DNA from: an uncultured Gammaproteobacteria bacterium
Lineage (GTDB): Bacteria; Pseudomonadota; Gammaproteobacteria; JASBUN01
Assembly: GCA_963762165.1 (NCBI GenBank)
Contig: CAVXJN010000001.1
Coordinates: forward strand, 570,900 to 634,899
Direction: 5' to 3'
DNA: 64,000 bases
In this document: positions 28,276-39,451 of the stretch, in pieces
How the letters are laid out: every line of letters starts with the position of its first letter
How positions within the stretch are numbered: position 1 is the first letter of the stretch
Notes under the pieces: generated by a model
Databases searched by the model: none
What the model saw: the letters and a program-made list of their open reading frames with translations, nothing else
What the model was told of the DNA's origin: nothing
Program-made: the position numbers and the translations under genes

Positions 28276-30390
28276 TTCGCAGTCTCTGCAGCGCGTTGAA
28301 CGTCGTGTCCGGGCGCGTCTCGGTACAGCGGCAACCGGACCTGAAATTTGCTTCCGTTCCCGGGCTCGCTGGTGACCAGCAGGTCGCCGCCCTGCGACCA
28401 GATGAATTCTCTGCTTTCGTAGACGCCGATCCCCATTCCCGCGTTGCCCTTGGTGGTTTCAAATGGCCGGAATAAGCGTTCGCGAATAAACTTTTCGTCC
28501 ATGCCGCAGCCATCGTCCGTAACCTCGATGAGAACGTCATCGTGATCGACCCCGGCCTTTACCAGCACCCGGCCCTGCCGAGACGTGGCTTCCTGCGCGT
28601 TTTGGATCAGATGCGACAATACGTTGGTCAGTTTTTCGGCGTCTATCACCAGTAGCAATTGACGGTCTTCGGATTCCAGCGACGGTACAGGATCCTGACC
28701 GGCACAAGTCGATACGGCATCGCGCAAGATTGGCTGCAAATCGACGATCGATTTAGCAGCCTCTACTGTACCACCCTTGCGCAACTGTGCCAGCATCCTG
28801 TTCATCTTCGCAGTCGCGTTTTCGACCGTACTGATTGCGTCCGCCACGAAAGCGGGGTTATCGAGATGACGCTTCGCATTTTTTACTACCAACGACAGCT
28901 GCGCGCTGACATTCTTCAAATCGTGCACCACATATGATGAAAGTCGATTGAACGCTTCGAATTGACGGGCGTTCATCAATGCTTCGCTGGTCTCCACCAA
29001 CGCGATGTAACTGGCAATCTGCAGTCCGACCGTCTTCAGCAAGTCACGATCTTCCCAGTTAATATTACGCAGTGCGCGTGGCCTTCCCAATACCACGAAA
29101 GCGATAAGTGTCTCGTCGCGCAGCAACGGGACCACGAGCCAAGCCCGCGGCAACTCTTCGAGCCAATCCGGTAGCATCAGATCTTCATATAACTCTGGAT
29201 TCTCCCTGAATTCGTCCAGATCGATGACCCACTTCCGGGTGCGCAGAAAACGAATCACAGGCGCGTCTTCCTTGATCACTGCATGCGCCGTCTCGTTCAT
29301 GTTCCAATGCTCAGCCCCCGCATAGTGCCCGGCGTCGGTCTGAGTCCAGAGCATGCCGCCGGTACTTTCGACGATATCCGCCAGCGATCGAATCGCCCGT
29401 TGCCGCGGGTTCAGTTCGCCGTCTCCGGCCAGCAGACTTCCCGACAACTTCAACCATTCTTCTCGGTAATCGTACTTGTAATTGAAAAAATGCTTACTGA
29501 GAAATACCTTGAGTTTGGCTCGCATCTGCCCGGAAAACAGCAACACACCCAACAGCAGCAGCGCGAATGCCAAGAACGTCGCCTGTGCAGCGGTGCCCCA
29601 ACTACCTCCGAATTGGCGTATGTAATAGCCGGCCGCGGCCATGACCAGCAGGTAAAGTCCCTGCCCCGGCGAGCGTGACGGTATGGAACACCACCCGTCT
29701 GGAGATGAATACATCCAGGGACCAGGCCGGGTTGCGTGCCGCCGAAACCGCCAGCATCGGAACAACCAAAGCGTTGACGAACCCACGCGCTGTCCACAAA
29801 TCGTAATCGATCTGCTTGAACAGCAACGCATCCGAATACAGAAAAAAATCGTAGGCGAAAATGGCGCCTACGCCCAAAAATAGATACTTCACCGACCAGC
29901 GCCCCGACGGGCGGGTATTGCGAAATAATTGCTCCACCAAGGCCATGCCGATCAAAGCCAACAGCAAGTGGCCGGTCATTGCCGCCTGTGTCGGCGATGC
30001 CGAGTGTATTACCTTCGTGACCAGTTGCGGCACCAAGTCGATCAGCAGGACCACCGCCGCGGTGACTAGCGCGACAGGCTCAGCAAACGTCAACAACCCC
30101 GTATGCTCGCGCTCCGAGACCTTCAATGGTCGCAGCAGTCGAAACAGGAACACGTACCAGGTGATGTCGCGCAGGATTTCCAGCGTGTGATAGGCGATCG
30201 GAGAAACCGGTGCCTGAATCTGTGGCCCGAGTGCTGCCACCACCCCCCACACCGTACTGGTGGTCACGGCGGCGACCAGCGCCGCGCCTTCAAGGCGGCC
30301 CCGCCAACTCGTCAGCAGCAACAAAGCAAGCAGTAGAAATGCGCCCGCTGCGACGAGGTAGCTCACCAGGCCGATGTCAACCGCTTGCAT
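28272..30390 (-). CDS. prsK: PEP-CTERM system histidine kinase PrsK, with a +/-1 frameshift at a C4/G4 run near 29665
   Basis: Polytopic N-terminal domain (ORF 29602..30390) and HisKA/HATPase C-terminal part (ORF 28272..29831; HDLKN, DDGCGMD, GMGIGV) overlap in different frames; joined they give about 706 aa, the expected PrsK size. Confidence 0.7.
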
Positions 30391-30460
30391 TCCCGTCCCC
30401 CGCCGCCCGTTCAGCAGGTCGTTGCCGCTGGTGCCTCGACATGCGTCGGGCGGTCAACCC

Positions 30461-31858
30461 TTAGCGTGCGCCCTTCCCCCAGACGACCGCGTGGGCTGTC
30501 TGGAAGAGGATCATGAAATCGAATAGTAAACTGTAATTCTTGATGTAATAAAGGTCGTATTGCAGTTTTTCCATAGCGTCCCGCACGGAGGCACCATACG
30601 GGTAGGAAATCTGCGCCCAACCGGTGATGCCGGGGGCAACCTTGTGGCGCAGATCGTAAAATGGGATTTCCTGCTTCAATTGCTCGACGAACTCCGGCCG
30701 CTCGGGCCTTGGACCGACGAAACTCATATCTCCGCGCAGCACATTGAGCAGCTGGGGAAGCTCATCAATTCGGAATTTACGGATCAAACCGCCTACCCGG
30801 GTGACGCGGCTATCGCCCTTCTGCGCCCACTGCGCCTTGCCGTCCTGCTCGGCGTCCGCCCGCATGCTGCGGAACTTCAGCACTTCGAATGGTATGCCGA
30901 AACGCCCGACACGAATTTGGCGATACAGTACAGAGCCGGGGGATTCGATGCGAATCGCCAGCGCGGTGATCAACATGAAGGGCCACGCGAACAACAACAA
31001 GAACAGACTGGCGCCGATATCGAACACCCGCTTGCTGTTCTTGCGCAGTACCGCCTGCGAGAATCCGTCGGCGAAAATCAGGCTACTGGGATGCAGCGTA
31101 TCGAGGCGGATTTTGCCGCTTTGACGCTCGAAAAACGTCATGAGATCGACAACTTGCACGCCTTTCATTTTGCACTCAAGAATTTCGTCGACCGGAAAGC
31201 TTTTGCGGCGATCATCGATCGCCACCACGATTTCGTCGATCTGATATTCCTCCACCAATTGATCCAGGGGGGTGTCGGATTGCAGAACTTTCGCGGGATC
31301 GACCGAATCGCGTTCGCCGCGAATATGAATGTAGCCGATCAGCTTGAAGCCATGCCAATCGACGCGGCGCCGCAGGCTTTCCAGCAAGCGCGCTTTGCGG
31401 CCGGCGCCGACCACCAAAACGCGCGCTTTCAATCCCTCCATGTCGGCGAAATGATAGTGCAGTGCCCGCGCGCCAAGCACGAACCCCAGCGCAATCAACA
31501 GCGAAATGGCAAGTGCGCCGCGGCCGATGAACAGATCGGGCAGCACGTAGAACATCAGCGCGAGCATCACCACAGTAAGCATGAACGCGCCCAGCAGCCG
31601 CAGCACGATATGCCATAGACTGTCCACGCGCAGGTGGCGCCAATAGAGCCCCATGGTGGTCATGGAGAGGGCGACGATGGCGGCGAACAGAATTCCTTTC
31701 CAAAACAGCCCCTCGACGGAAGGATCGTCGACCGGCAGGCCACCGTCGTAAAACCGGACATACACGCCCAGGTAAACCGACGCCACCAGCAAAACCGCTT
31801 CGCCCAGTCCGAGGAATATCATGGACTCCGGGATGTAGTGTCGAAAAAGGCGAATCAT
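30461..31858 (-). CDS. Polyprenyl-phosphate glycosylphosphotransferase, EpsB-type (PEP-CTERM system-associated priming sugar transferase)
   Basis: 465 aa; N-terminal TM block plus C-terminal bacterial sugar transferase domain (...KFRSMR...DELPQL...RPERPEF...GITGWAQ). Confidence 0.8.
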   Translation of the reverse strand: MIRLFRHYIPESMIFLGLGEAVLLVASVYLGVYVRFYDGGLPVDDPSVEGLFWKGILFAAIVALSMTTMGLYWRHLRVDSLWHIVLRLLGAFMLTVVMLALMFYVLPDLFIGRGALAISLLIALGFVLGARALHYHFADMEGLKARVLVVGAGRKARLLESLRRRVDWHGFKLIGYIHIRGERDSVDPAKVLQSDTPLDQLVEEYQIDEIVVAIDDRRKSFPVDEILECKMKGVQVVDLMTFFERQSGKIRLDTLHPSSLIFADGFSQAVLRKNSKRVFDIGASLFLLLFAWPFMLITALAIRIESPGSVLYRQIRVGRFGIPFEVLKFRSMRADAEQDGKAQWAQKGDSRVTRVGGLIRKFRIDELPQLLNVLRGDMSFVGPRPERPEFVEQLKQEIPFYDLRHKVAPGITGWAQISYPYGASVRDAMEKLQYDLYYIKNYSLLFDFMILFQTAHAVVWGKGAR

Positions 31859-32056
31859 TGACTGCGGCGGTCCCTTATATTTGCTTGTGCAATCCGTCGA
31901 GCGCGGATCCGGTCACTGCGCTGGCCGCGCGAAAACGTCCGTGCTGCGGATGCCGCTCGGATGGGTAGCGCGAACCGAATGTATCTCTGCATAGCGGCCT
32001 GCGGTGAAGAAAGCTGAACCACTTCACACATCGACCACTTAATCTATCTCTGGTCC

Positions 32057-32070
32057 GAATTGATCAATTC
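32057..32070. promoter_or_regulatory. Perfect 14-bp palindrome GAATTGATCAATTC in the intergenic region upstream of the sugar transferase gene
   Basis: Self-complementary 14-mer followed by GATCGATC in an AT-rich stretch between the cNMP-binding gene and the epsB-like gene. Confidence 0.3.
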
Positions 32071-32119
32071 ACCCGATCGATCTTGAAAATATTTTTTTAT
32101 CAATCACTTACAACAACCC

Positions 32120-32593
32120 CTACAAATGCTCATCGAATCCGCGGGCCTTGAGCCCCCATGCCATCAGAGAGAATAGTTTACGATTGGTTTTTCGCAGCCG
32201 CACGACCAGTGCGCCCACCAACTCCTGCAATACCTCGTATCCCAGTTCCCGGTGCTGATCGAGAAATGCCAGTAAACGTTCGCCGTCGATCACTGCCAAT
32301 TCGCAATCCGTGACCGCCACCACGGACGCCGAGCGGGGCCCACGGTCGAACAAGGCCAACTCACCGAAAACCTCGCCGGATCCAAAATCGAAGAACCCCG
32401 GACGGATGCGTCGGGCCTCATCCAATGCGACGTCTCCAAGCACGCGCACCTTGCCGTCAAGCAACAGATAGACCTGCGACCCGGTAGCCCCTTCCTCGAC
32501 AATCGACTGATGGGCCAGAAACCGTTCCCGCGACCAATGCTGACCCTCCACGAAATCGGGATGCTGCAGCAACGCCCGCAGGGACTTGTTCAC
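32120..32593 (-). CDS. Stand-alone cyclic-nucleotide-binding (cNMP/CAP effector) domain protein
   Basis: 157 aa; cNMP-binding signature GEVFGELALFDRGPRSASVVA; no DNA-binding domain. Confidence 0.65.
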   Translation of the reverse strand: MNKSLRALLQHPDFVEGQHWSRERFLAHQSIVEEGATGSQVYLLLDGKVRVLGDVALDEARRIRPGFFDFGSGEVFGELALFDRGPRSASVVAVTDCELAVIDGERLLAFLDQHRELGYEVLQELVGALVVRLRKTNRKLFSLMAWGLKARGFDEHL

Positions 32594-32807
32594 ACCGCCA
32601 CCTTCATCTCCAACATCCTTACAAGTATAGAAACAAGCAGACCGGGTGTTCTAGTGGCGGCCCCGAATTGTCATGGAGTCGCGTCGGTCCACGACCACAA
32701 ATATGCCTCTTGACCTATTCAAAAACGCGTCGACTACGGGGATAATCCGGTGTTCATTTGTCCGCTCGGTGCGGACTGCATTCGAGCCAGACGGGAGCGA
32801 AAAAGGG

Positions 32808-34085
32808 ATGTTGAGCATCGACAATATCAAAATCGGCGTCATCGGGTTGGGCTACGTGGGCCTGCCGCTGGCGGTGGAACTCGGCAAACACTTCGATACT
32901 GTCGGGTTCGACATCAATAGCCGCCGAATCGACGAGCTCAAACAAGGGGTCGACCACACCCTTGAAGTGGAACCGGAGATCCTGGCGGCTGCGACAAAAT
33001 TGCAGTATACCGATCAAGCCGCGCAAATCGAGTCATGCAACTTCTATGTCGTCACCGTCCCTACTCCCATCGATCGTCACAAACGACCGGACCTCACGCC
33101 ACTTGAATCCGCCAGCCGCACCGTCGGCCGCGTCCTGAAAGCGGGAGACGTGGTCGTCTACGAGTCGACCGTATATCCCGGTGCCACCGAAGAAGTCTGC
33201 GTACCCATTCTCGAGCGTGAATCCGGACTCCGCTTCAACGTCGACTTTTTCGCCGGGTATAGCCCGGAACGCATCAATCCTGGAGACAAGGAACATCGAG
33301 TTTCGACCATCCTGAAGGTGACATCCGGCTCGACCCCCGAGGTGGCCGAATATGTGGACTCGGTGTACCGCCGTGTCATCACCGCCGGCACCCACAAAGC
33401 CAGTAGCATCCGGGTCGCGGAAGCGGCGAAAGTCATCGAAAATACCCAGCGCGACGTCAATATCGCCCTGATCAACGAACTCGCAATGCTGTTCAACCGG
33501 CTTGGGATCGATACGCTCGAGGTCCTGGAAGCGGCCGGCACCAAGTGGAACTTCCTGCCGTTTCGCCCGGGCCTGGTGGGTGGCCACTGTATCGGTGTCG
33601 ACCCCTATTATCTGACGCACAAAGCGCAGGAAATCGGCTATCACCCGGAGATGATTCTCGCCGGCCGGCAGATCAACGACGGCATGGGTTCCTATGTCGC
33701 CGAACAAGTCATCAAACTCATGACCCGCAAACGCATCCACGTGGTCGGCGCCCGAATCCTGATTATGGGATTGACGTTCAAGGAGAACTGTCCAGACCTG
33801 CGCAACACACGGGTGACCGATCTGATCGATGAGTTCAAGCATTATCACGCCGAAGTCGACGTGTACGACCCGTGGGTGGACGCGAAGGAAGCGCAGCACG
33901 AGTACGGCATCGAACCAATTTCAGAACCGCAACAAGGAGCCTACGACGCGGTCATTCTCGCGGTCGGCCATCGCCAATTCCAGGCCCTCGGCGTCGATGG
34001 CATGCACGCGCTCGGGAAATCGAAGCACGTGCTGTATGACGTCAAATACGTCCTTCCGGCGAAGGCGGTCGACGGTCGACTGTAG
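32808..34085 (+). CDS. Nucleotide-sugar dehydrogenase, TviB/WbpA-like (UDP-N-acetyl-D-glucosamine or -mannosamine 6-dehydrogenase family)
   Basis: N-terminal Rossmann [16 protein letters not shown]; catalytic region [12 protein letters not shown]; ATG at 32808 with upstream GGGAGCG; the ORF tool's 32673 start adds an unlikely extension. Confidence 0.75.
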   Translation: MLSIDNIKIGVIGLGYVGLPLAVELGKHFDTVGFDINSRRIDELKQGVDHTLEVEPEILAAATKLQYTDQAAQIESCNFYVVTVPTPIDRHKRPDLTPLESASRTVGRVLKAGDVVVYESTVYPGATEEVCVPILERESGLRFNVDFFAGYSPERINPGDKEHRVSTILKVTSGSTPEVAEYVDSVYRRVITAGTHKASSIRVAEAAKVIENTQRDVNIALINELAMLFNRLGIDTLEVLEAAGTKWNFLPFRPGLVGGHCIGVDPYYLTHKAQEIGYHPEMILAGRQINDGMGSYVAEQVIKLMTRKRIHVVGARILIMGLTFKENCPDLRNTRVTDLIDEFKHYHAEVDVYDPWVDAKEAQHEYGIEPISEPQQGAYDAVILAVGHRQFQALGVDGMHALGKSKHVLYDVKYVLPAKAVDGRL

Positions 34086-34110
34086 AGTTCCGTGCGCGGC
34101 GGGCGCGCCT

Positions 34111-34434
34111 TCAGTCGGTCAAGGTGTGATCGACACTGCGGATCAGCGCCAGCAGCCGCGAGGTATCGGTGTCGATATTCTCGAAGACCATTTCCGCCAG
34201 GGGCGCGATCTCGCAATTGCGCGGCAATGAGTCTCCCACCGCGATCAAGTCGGCGATTCTGGGTATGAACACCCATTGCAGCCACTGAGTGAAGTCCAAC
34301 GTATCGACGCTGAAGGGCTGCACGCTTTGCAGCGCCGTGGGCGGCGGTGCAACCGACTCCCACAGCCCCAATGCGCGCATTTCGCGCTCCAACTCCAGGA
34401 CCAAATCGGCCATTCGGTGTTCAACACTCTCCAT
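34111..34434 (-). CDS. yqcC: YqcC-family (DUF446) protein
   Basis: 107 aa; QPFSVDTLDFTQWLQWVFIPRIADL matches E. coli YqcC (QPFFMDTMEPLEWLQWVLIPRMHDL). Confidence 0.7.
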   Translation of the reverse strand: MESVEHRMADLVLELEREMRALGLWESVAPPPTALQSVQPFSVDTLDFTQWLQWVFIPRIADLIAVGDSLPRNCEIAPLAEMVFENIDTDTSRLLALIRSVDHTLTD

Positions 34435-34518
34435 CGGGGCCCTATATTGGCTGGTCGATCACGTGCAGCCGAGGCGCGGCAACCGCACGCGCGAGCGCGG
34501 TGTGCAAATCACATCGTA

Positions 34519-35919
34519 TCAGCTGCGTCTCGATTTCTTCACGTGCTTGACCAAGCGCTTTTTGCGGGCGATCTGACGCCCGCTGAGTTCATTGCGTCGT
34601 CCAGCGAACGGATTCGCTCCGGATTTGAACTCGACTCTCACCGGAGTTCCGCGCAGCCGCAATGCGGACCGGTACTGATTGACCAAAAAGCGTTTGTAAC
34701 TGTCAGGTACCGATTCGGTCTGGTTACCGTGAATGATAATGACCGGTGGATTTCGACCGCCCTGATGGGCGTAGCGCAGCTTGATTCGTCGACCGCGGAC
34801 CAACGGCGGCTGATGGGCGGCAACGGCGTCCTCGAGTATTCGCGTCAGTTCCGAGGTGGACAAGTCCCGCGTCGCTGAATCGTATGCACGATCCACGGCT
34901 TCGAACAGATGTCCGATGCCCGTCCCGTGTCGAGCCGAAATGAAATGAATTTCGGCGAAATCCACGAACGAAAGACGCCGATGAAGCTCGCTGCGCACCC
35001 GTTCTCGCTGATCGCCGCTCAAACCGTCCCATTTATTGACTGCGACGATCAACGCTCGGCCGCTGTCCAGCACCTGACCGAGTAAAGTTGCATCCTGCTC
35101 CGCGATACCCTGGTGGGCATCGAGCACCAGCACCACGACATGCGCCGCTTCGATCGCCTGCATGGCCTTGATGATGGAAAAGCGTTCGACAGTCTCCGAT
35201 ACCCGCGCCCGACGGCGGACACCAGCCGTATCGATCAAGACGTAACGATTGGCGTGATGTTCGAATGGTATGAACACGCTGTCACGGGTAGTTCCGGGCA
35301 TATCGAAGGCAAGCACCCGCTCTTCGCCAAGGAGCCGGTTGACCAGCGTGGATTTGCCGACATTCGGACGGCCGACAATGGCGACTCTGGTTTCCTGTGG
35401 CGCTTGCGGTTCAAGCGGCTCGTCCGCAGACACAAAGCCCGCAAGCGCGGTGTGCATCAAGCGGTCGATGCCACGACCATGGGCAGCCGCGATGGCGAGC
35501 GGATCTCCCAAGCCGAGAGAGAAGAAGTCACCGGCGACCACCGCCGCATCCAAGCCCTCGCTCTTGTTGACAACGATCAGGACCTGTTTGCCGGTACGGC
35601 GCAGGAACTGGCCGATCTCGGTATCGACCGGCGTCAATCCCTGACGGCCGTCGACCATCAGCATCACCAGATCGGACTCGGAAATGGCGAGCCTGGTCTG
35701 CTGCGCCATGAGTTCATCGATGCCTTCTTCGGCCCCGGACAATCCGCCCGTATCGACCACGATGTAGGGCATCGGCCCCACTTCGCCCCGACCGTACTTG
35801 CGGTCGCGGGTAAGTCCGGGCAGATCCGCCACAAGCGCATCGCGGGTTCGGGTGAGGAAATTGAACAGTGTGGATTTGCCCACGTTAGGGCGACCCACGA
35901 GGGCGATAACCGGCAACAT
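34519..35919 (-). CDS. der: Ribosome-biogenesis GTPase Der (EngA), tandem GTPase domains
   Basis: Two G-domains ([10 protein letters not shown] twice) and a basic C-terminal tail; conserved position after bamB. Confidence 0.9.
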   Translation of the reverse strand: MLPVIALVGRPNVGKSTLFNFLTRTRDALVADLPGLTRDRKYGRGEVGPMPYIVVDTGGLSGAEEGIDELMAQQTRLAISESDLVMLMVDGRQGLTPVDTEIGQFLRRTGKQVLIVVNKSEGLDAAVVAGDFFSLGLGDPLAIAAAHGRGIDRLMHTALAGFVSADEPLEPQAPQETRVAIVGRPNVGKSTLVNRLLGEERVLAFDMPGTTRDSVFIPFEHHANRYVLIDTAGVRRRARVSETVERFSIIKAMQAIEAAHVVVLVLDAHQGIAEQDATLLGQVLDSGRALIVAVNKWDGLSGDQRERVRSELHRRLSFVDFAEIHFISARHGTGIGHLFEAVDRAYDSATRDLSTSELTRILEDAVAAHQPPLVRGRRIKLRYAHQGGRNPPVIIIHGNQTESVPDSYKRFLVNQYRSALRLRGTPVRVEFKSGANPFAGRRNELSGRQIARKKRLVKHVKKSRRS

Positions 35920-36000
35920 GCGGCTGGGCTCCAGGCCCGGGTTCTCCGAAAGCTGGCTATGGTAGCAGAATCGGGCCCGAGCCTGGGGAGTACGCCATGA

Positions 36001-37170
36001 TTATTGGCGGGCGGCGCCGTTTACGTGCCACGCACTCAACTCCCCATTGTTGGTCAATACCAACAATTCACCGGCCACGGTCAATGGCGGCGCGGAAATG
36101 CCCGAATCCTCGGCGCGGGTGCGGGCCACGATGCGTCCGTCGTCCTGGGACAGCCAGTGCAGATAGCCCTCGAAGTCGCCGACCACGACGTAGTCACCGA
36201 TCACCGCTGGGCGGCTCACGCGCCGGTAGCGAAGCTTGTCCTGCTTCCAGAAGGTGGCGCCCGTGCGCCGGTCCAGCGCCCAGACCTGACCGGTATCATC
36301 GGTGACGAACACTTGTGTCGGACCCACGGCCAGGCCGGCGTAGGACGACATTTCCCGAGCCCATAGCAGCTGACCGGTGTTCAGCGTCAGTGCCGCGATC
36401 CGACCCTGATAGGTGGTGACATAGACCACACCGTCGGAAATCACCGGGTCGGCATCAATGTCGACCAGCCGCTCCAACTCCGAACGTCCGCTCGGAATGG
36501 CGACACTGCGTTCCCACAGCGGCCGCCCGTCGGATAAAGCCAGCGCGGCTATCTGGCCGCCGTCAAACCCGGCCACCGCCACGCCTTGTTGCAAGGCCGG
36601 CATGCTGGTCCCGCGCAAGGTGAGTACCGGCGCATTGCGATCATAGATCCACAATCGCTTGCCGTCGCTGGCGGATAATCCCGCAACGCGGCCGTCGATG
36701 GTGTGGACGACGGTCACGCCGGACTCCGATTGAGGCGGCGATAGAACTTCGCTGGAAACCTGCGCCTCCCATGCTTTTTCACCGGTATCGGCGCGCAGCG
36801 CCAGGACGCCGGCATCGGTGGTGCCGACGAAAACCAATCCGTCGCCGTACCCCGGGCCTGCGGAAATCGCAGCCTCGGTCTCGGTCCGCCATGCCTGCTT
36901 ACCGGTCTTCAGGTTGACCGCAGTCACGTCACCTTCCCGGCCTGCGGCAAAGACCAGGTCGCCCGCCACCGCTGGTCGCAATCCCAGGCGACGCTCCTCG
37001 CCGCCGTGACCGACGGAATGGCTCCACATTTGCTGCACGTCGATCTTGGGCGCAACCTCCGTGAGCGGAGTCGGAGGCTCGGAATTGTCCTTACCGGCAA
37101 ACCAATTGGTCAGCCACGTACAACCCCCCAGGGGCAGTGCCAGCAGCAGCACCAGATACTTCAACTTCAT
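36001..37170 (-). CDS. bamB: Outer-membrane protein assembly factor BamB (PQQ-repeat lipoprotein)
   Basis: Lipobox LALPLGGC; PQQ beta-propeller repeats; yfgM-bamB-der synteny. Confidence 0.85.
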   Translation of the reverse strand: MKLKYLVLLLALPLGGCTWLTNWFAGKDNSEPPTPLTEVAPKIDVQQMWSHSVGHGGEERRLGLRPAVAGDLVFAAGREGDVTAVNLKTGKQAWRTETEAAISAGPGYGDGLVFVGTTDAGVLALRADTGEKAWEAQVSSEVLSPPQSESGVTVVHTIDGRVAGLSASDGKRLWIYDRNAPVLTLRGTSMPALQQGVAVAGFDGGQIAALALSDGRPLWERSVAIPSGRSELERLVDIDADPVISDGVVYVTTYQGRIAALTLNTGQLLWAREMSSYAGLAVGPTQVFVTDDTGQVWALDRRTGATFWKQDKLRYRRVSRPAVIGDYVVVGDFEGYLHWLSQDDGRIVARTRAEDSGISAPPLTVAGELLVLTNNGELSAWHVNGAARQ

Positions 37171-37820
37171 CCGCCCTCTCCTTTTCCATTCGCGCCGCCG
37201 GCGTCGCTCAATTTCATGCGCAGCGTCGCTTGCAGGGGGCTACCCGGCACCGACTGCGCCAAGGCTCGAGTGTATGCGTCGCGGGCCTTGTCCAGATCGC
37301 CCTTGGCTGCGTAGGCGTCGCCCTGCAACTCCGCGAATGCGGCCCCATAGGCCCCGGAATCCTTTTCCACCAGTTTGAGGACGCCGTCGGTATCGTTTTC
37401 GGCCAATAACAAGCGCCCCAGCCGCAGCCGCGCAAGTCGCGCCAAAGCGGGATCGTCGGCATTTTCCATCGCCCAGCGCAGATTATCCCGGGCACCGGCG
37501 CCTTCTCCCGCATCGAGGCGCACCTTGGCCACCGCCAGGGCGCTCAGGGGGGCGTAGCTGGAGCCGCTGTATTGCGTCATGATGCGCTTGCCAAGTTCGA
37601 GCCCGGCGTCCCGGTTGTCGCCGCCCAGTGCCACCATCATCTGGCTATAGAGCGCAGATGCCTGCTCGGCCTGCTGGGTCTGATAGCGTTCCCAGGCTTG
37701 CCAACCGAATACCGCCGCCAGCCCAATGGCGAGGCCGACAATCAACGAGCGGCCGTTGGCTTTCCACCACTGCTTGAGTTGTTCGCCCTTTTCGTCGTCG
37801 CTGGCGTATATATCCACCAT
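37167..37820 (-). CDS. yfgM: YfgM-family (UPF0070) membrane-anchored TPR-like protein
   Basis: Single N-terminal TM (LIVGLAIGLAAVFGW), helical periplasmic domain; conserved position between hisS and bamB; start taken at the Met 13 codons into the ORF. Confidence 0.7.
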   Translation of the reverse strand: MVDIYASDDEKGEQLKQWWKANGRSLIVGLAIGLAAVFGWQAWERYQTQQAEQASALYSQMMVALGGDNRDAGLELGKRIMTQYSGSSYAPLSALAVAKVRLDAGEGAGARDNLRWAMENADDPALARLARLRLGRLLLAENDTDGVLKLVEKDSGAYGAAFAELQGDAYAAKGDLDKARDAYTRALAQSVPGSPLQATLRMKLSDAGGANGKGEGG

Positions 37821-37824
37821 GTCG

Positions 37825-39132
37825 TTACTCCCCGATCGCAGCGCCGGCAACATCAGCACCGGTCGTCAGTTCATTGTATAGGTAGGACACCAACTCGTCC
37901 TCGTTAAAACTTTGTTGTTCGCTTTTTGCACGTAACGATTTGACACCCACTCTGCCGTTGGCAATCTCATCGTCGCCAATGACCAGTGCCAACTGCGCAC
38001 CGCAGCGGTCTGCACGCTTCATCTGGGCCTTGAAACTGCCGCCGCCGCAATTCATCAGCAATCGAAGTCCCGGAAGTTGATCGCGCAAGCGCTCAGCCAG
38101 CAGCATCCCGTGACGCTCCGCGGCAGCGCCGGACATGGCGATGTATACGTGGGGTTCGGTTGCAGGCACCTGGGCATTGCCATCGTCCATGAGCGCGGTG
38201 AGGCGCTCGATGCCAAGCGCGAATCCAGCCGCAGGGGTGGGTTTACCCCCCAACTGCTCCACGAGTCCGTCATAGCGCCCACCCGCACAAACGGTGCCTT
38301 GCGCACCCAACCGATCGGTCACCCACTCGAATACGGTGTGGCAGTAATAATCCAGGCCGCGCACCAGACGCGGATTGACGGAGTACCTCACTCCGGCGCT
38401 ATCCAGCAGCGTTTTCAAGGTTTCAAAATGCGCCCGGGATTGATCTCCGAGATCGTCCATCAGCCGCGGCGCAGCAGCCAGCACGTCGACCATTTCGGGA
38501 TTCTTACTGTCGAGTATGCGCAGCGGATTCGATTGCAGGCGACGCTTGCTGTCCTCGTCGAGTCGCTGATGATGCTGCCTCAAATACGCCACCAGCCGGT
38601 CACGATATTCCGCGCGCTCCGGCGCCGTGCCGAGGGTATTCAATTCCAGCCGCAGGTCGTGCAGTCCCAATGCCCGCCAGAGACGCGCATTCAGCAGGAT
38701 CAGTTCGACGTCGATGTCGGGTCCTGGCATTCCAAAGGTTTCGACACCCACTTGATGGAATTGTCGATAGCGCCCTTTCTGGGGGCGCTCGTGACGAAAC
38801 ATCGGCCCCATGTACCACAGTCGCTGCTGTTGGTTGAACAACAAACCGTTTTCGATGCCGGCACGCACGCAACTCGCGGTACCCTCGGGACGCAACGTCA
38901 GACTGTCGCCATTGCGGTCATCGAATGTGTACATCTCCTTTTCGACGATGTCGGTGACTTCGCCAATAGAACGCTTGAAGAGCTCGGTTTTCTCCACCAC
39001 CGGCATGCGGATTTCGCGATAGCCGTAACCCTGCAACACGGACCGGACCTGCTTCTCCAGGTGTTGCCACAGCGGGCTCTGGTCCGGGAGCAGGTCGTGC
39101 ATTCCCCGGATGGCCTGAATGTTCTTCGACAC
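37825..39132 (-). CDS. hisS: Histidine--tRNA ligase
   Basis: 435 aa; class II aaRS motifs; N-terminus [16 protein letters not shown]. Confidence 0.9.
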   Translation of the reverse strand: MSKNIQAIRGMHDLLPDQSPLWQHLEKQVRSVLQGYGYREIRMPVVEKTELFKRSIGEVTDIVEKEMYTFDDRNGDSLTLRPEGTASCVRAGIENGLLFNQQQRLWYMGPMFRHERPQKGRYRQFHQVGVETFGMPGPDIDVELILLNARLWRALGLHDLRLELNTLGTAPERAEYRDRLVAYLRQHHQRLDEDSKRRLQSNPLRILDSKNPEMVDVLAAAPRLMDDLGDQSRAHFETLKTLLDSAGVRYSVNPRLVRGLDYYCHTVFEWVTDRLGAQGTVCAGGRYDGLVEQLGGKPTPAAGFALGIERLTALMDDGNAQVPATEPHVYIAMSGAAAERHGMLLAERLRDQLPGLRLLMNCGGGSFKAQMKRADRCGAQLALVIGDDEIANGRVGVKSLRAKSEQQSFNEDELVSYLYNELTTGADVAGAAIGE

Positions 39133-39451
39133 TTGCGAACCTTACTTGTTACGGCGCCAGGACGCGCGCCGACTTGACCGCTTCGTCCGACATGCCTGGT
39201 GATTCCTCTGCCTTTGCGGCCGAGCGCGACGTCGGCGTCAAGGGGCCTGGCGACCGCGGCGCTGACGATATGCAGTCGATGGACGCGGTGCGGTACGGTG
39301 ACCGCGCAACGGTAACCGCTGACGATGCGGCGCCGCCGACCCGGACCTTCCCGACCATGAGCGGTGGGGATTCACGACGCGCAATCCGAATCTCATTTTG
39401 CATGATCGGTTCCACTTGGATGATCGGGGCGCAGCGGCCCCGTCGCGCCCG

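Noticed and set aside
31990-32010. Possible sigma-54 element CAGCACGGACGTTTTCGC upstream of the EpsB-like gene
   Set aside because: Mismatches at the invariant GG (-24) and at G of GC (-12); below threshold.
32710-32740. TTGACC hexamer upstream of the TviB-like gene as a sigma-70 -35 element
   Set aside because: No acceptable -10 hexamer at 16-18 nt spacing (the nearest GATAAT is 25 nt away).
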